A stretch of 64,000 bases of DNA from positions 62,001 to 126,000 of the forward strand of contig JAUCBJ010008936.1 of NCBI GenBank assembly GCA_032718475.1. Direction: 5' to 3'. Position numbers and translations under genes: made by a program. Positions 61,982-64,000 of this stretch are shown in pieces. Below the pieces are notes generated by a model, which had not been told where the DNA came from, did not search any database, and saw only the letters and a list, made by a program, of their open reading frames with translations. How positions within the stretch are numbered: the stretch's first letter is position 1; the number at the start of each line of letters is the position of its first letter. Source of the stretch: Nemertoderma westbladi (lineage: Eukaryota; Animalia; Xenacoelomorpha).

Positions 61982-63500
61982 TTATTTACTAATATTAGGA
62001 GGAGATTTGTAGTCTCCAGACTCGTTACGAGTCTCTTCAAGAAGTACGAGACGTTGAGTCGGTCTGTCTACTGTACGACCATCAATTGTCCGTACCGTCA
62101 CAGTTCTTGTCACTCCATCCATAGATGGATGTGTGGCTAAAATTACACCTGTTATCCAGAAGCGTCTTTTTAGATTCACTTCTGCTAACAGCACGTGATC
62201 TCCCGGCTTTAATGCGCGGGTGTTATTGTACCAGTTTGTTCTGGCAGAAATAGAGGGCAAATAATGGTTTTGCCATATTTCCCAGAATTTGTTAGCTAGT
62301 AGTTGCGTGATTTTCCACGCTTTTCTACCGTAGCTATCGCCTTCTATTGGAATAGAAATAGGCGTTAATGTCGTCGGTGCCTGCATAAGCAGGTGTGCCG
62401 GTGTTAATGCAAACTGGGATTGTTTGTCATCGGGTACTAATACTATTGGTCTAGTATTTAGTATTGCCTCGATTTCAACAAACAGTGTTGTCAGTTGGTC
62501 GTCTGTCAATATGTGGTTTACTGGAATGACCTTTGCCATTGCCGTTTTGATAGATCTAATCAATCTCTCCCAGACTCCGCCTCTCCATGGACTATCTGGA
62601 GGATTAAACTTCCAAACAATCTTGTGAGGTTGTAGTTCGTTCGAGATTTGATCATGATCTAATTTCTTAAAGGCTCTAGCAATCTCATTTCGAGCACCAA
62701 CAAAGTTTGTCCCTTGGTCTGAGTACAAGCACTTCACTAGTCCGCGTCTGTCTAGCGATAAATCGCCGCAATGCTAGTATAAACGCGTTGGTGGAAAGAT
62801 CCATCACACGTTCAATATGAACTGCCCTACTGGACATACATGTGAAAATCAGTCCCCAGCGTTTTACTAGTATACGTCCACGTTTCGTATGTATGGGACC
62901 AAAGCAATCAATTCCAGTCTCTGTAAAAGGTGGTCTGAATGCTTGAAGTCGTGCTTGTGGAAGTTCACTCATTTCTTGGGTACCTATTCTAGAATGTACC
63001 TTTTTACAAATAATACACGTACGTGTCACTGAACTTAACGCTTTACTGGGTCTAATTAATACAAATCTTGTACGTAAGTAGGAAAGACAGTGGTGTCTTC
63101 CAGCGTGTTTCAGATGTAAATGTGCGTCCAGTATCATTGCACGTTGTAGTTCGTGATGCTGTGGTATTATTATTGGGTATCTAAAGTTTGTGTTAAAGTC
63201 AATGTTTTGAAGCCAAGATTTATGACAAATTAAGCCATTATAAATAATCGGACTCCAACTCAGTATTGGTGACGACTTGATTGGTTGACCTTGATTTATA
63301 GATGTGAATTCGCGCGCGAAATATCGCAGTTGGTAATGGCGAATTAATTTAATCTCACACCTGTCAATCTCAGTCAATGTAAGTCGACGTGTAAAGTCTC
63401 GTTTGCCTTTAACGTATTGTACAAAACGTACAATTCACGCTAATTTTCGGCAAGCGTTTGTCCAAGAGTCTGTTAAGTTTACAATACGGTCGACGTGAGT
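61982..63500 (-). pseudogene. BEL/Pao LTR retrotransposon integrase plus C-terminal domain, frameshifted near 62740
   Basis: H..H..CIIC zinc finger, PFTETGIDCFGP, KRWGLIFTCMSSRAVHIE, SDQGTNFVGA, PWRGGVWERLIRS, EAILNTRP, LTPAHLL, FWEIW..YLP, DGVTRTVTV. Confidence 0.93.
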
Positions 63501-64000
63501 ATTTGTGACGTCATCAGGTAAGTCAATGGAGAATTTGGAAGGTTTTTATTTACTAGAAGGGCCCACGGGTCCGCCGGTAATTATTCCCTTGTTGACTGTT
63601 GATCCGTCCGGGTCTACAAGTAATTTGTCCTTCTTCGTCTTCTTACCTTGGTTGTCAGTACTTTGTAAGTCGATCGTTAATGGTGGTTTGAACTCTATGG
63701 GGTCAGTGGGTTTCGGTACACTTATTTTTCTGCCGATATTAATCCCGGGTCTCACCATAGGTTGCAAGTTTGGTATGTCTCTTGAGCGCAGAGTAACACC
63801 TGTATTTACATTAGCGTAGGTACTACCCACATGAGGTATCACTGTGCTTATGGTTGCTCAAGTGTGTCAAATTTGGTAGTTTGTCTATAGAAGGCCGCTC
63901 CAATAGGGAAACTGCGGCTTTTCTATTTGTCAATATGTTACTAGTGTCTGGTAGAACATTTTGTGACATGTCTGGTAAAATGTTTCGCGGAACATCCGGC

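Overview
AT-rich eukaryotic (metazoan invertebrate-like) DNA made almost entirely of nested transposable elements; I can support no ordinary host gene. From left to right it contains: a degraded spliced Helitron RepHel gene interrupted by an internally deleted Chapaev3 transposon; a decayed tyrosine-recombinase (YR)-SET fusion gene; a piggyBac transposase split in three by two insertions (a 5.3-kb TSD-flanked insert carrying a stand-alone PWWP gene plus a truncated L2 LINE, and a full-length CR1 LINE); an apparently intact two-gene EnSpm/CMC transposon; a second YR relic; RTE and hAT fragments; and several MITEs. The right part holds an apparently intact 3-exon YR gene (about 890 aa) that abuts a ~57-copy 30-bp tandem array and lies between ~1.3/1.6-kb direct repeats, with a CR1 inserted upstream. 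The window ends in the 3' part of a BEL/Pao LTR element carrying a large non-env zinc-knuckle ORF region. The best candidate for an undescribed system is the direct-repeat-flanked YR cassette (about 40.1-55.2 kb). All family assignments come from motif recognition by eye, not database searches.
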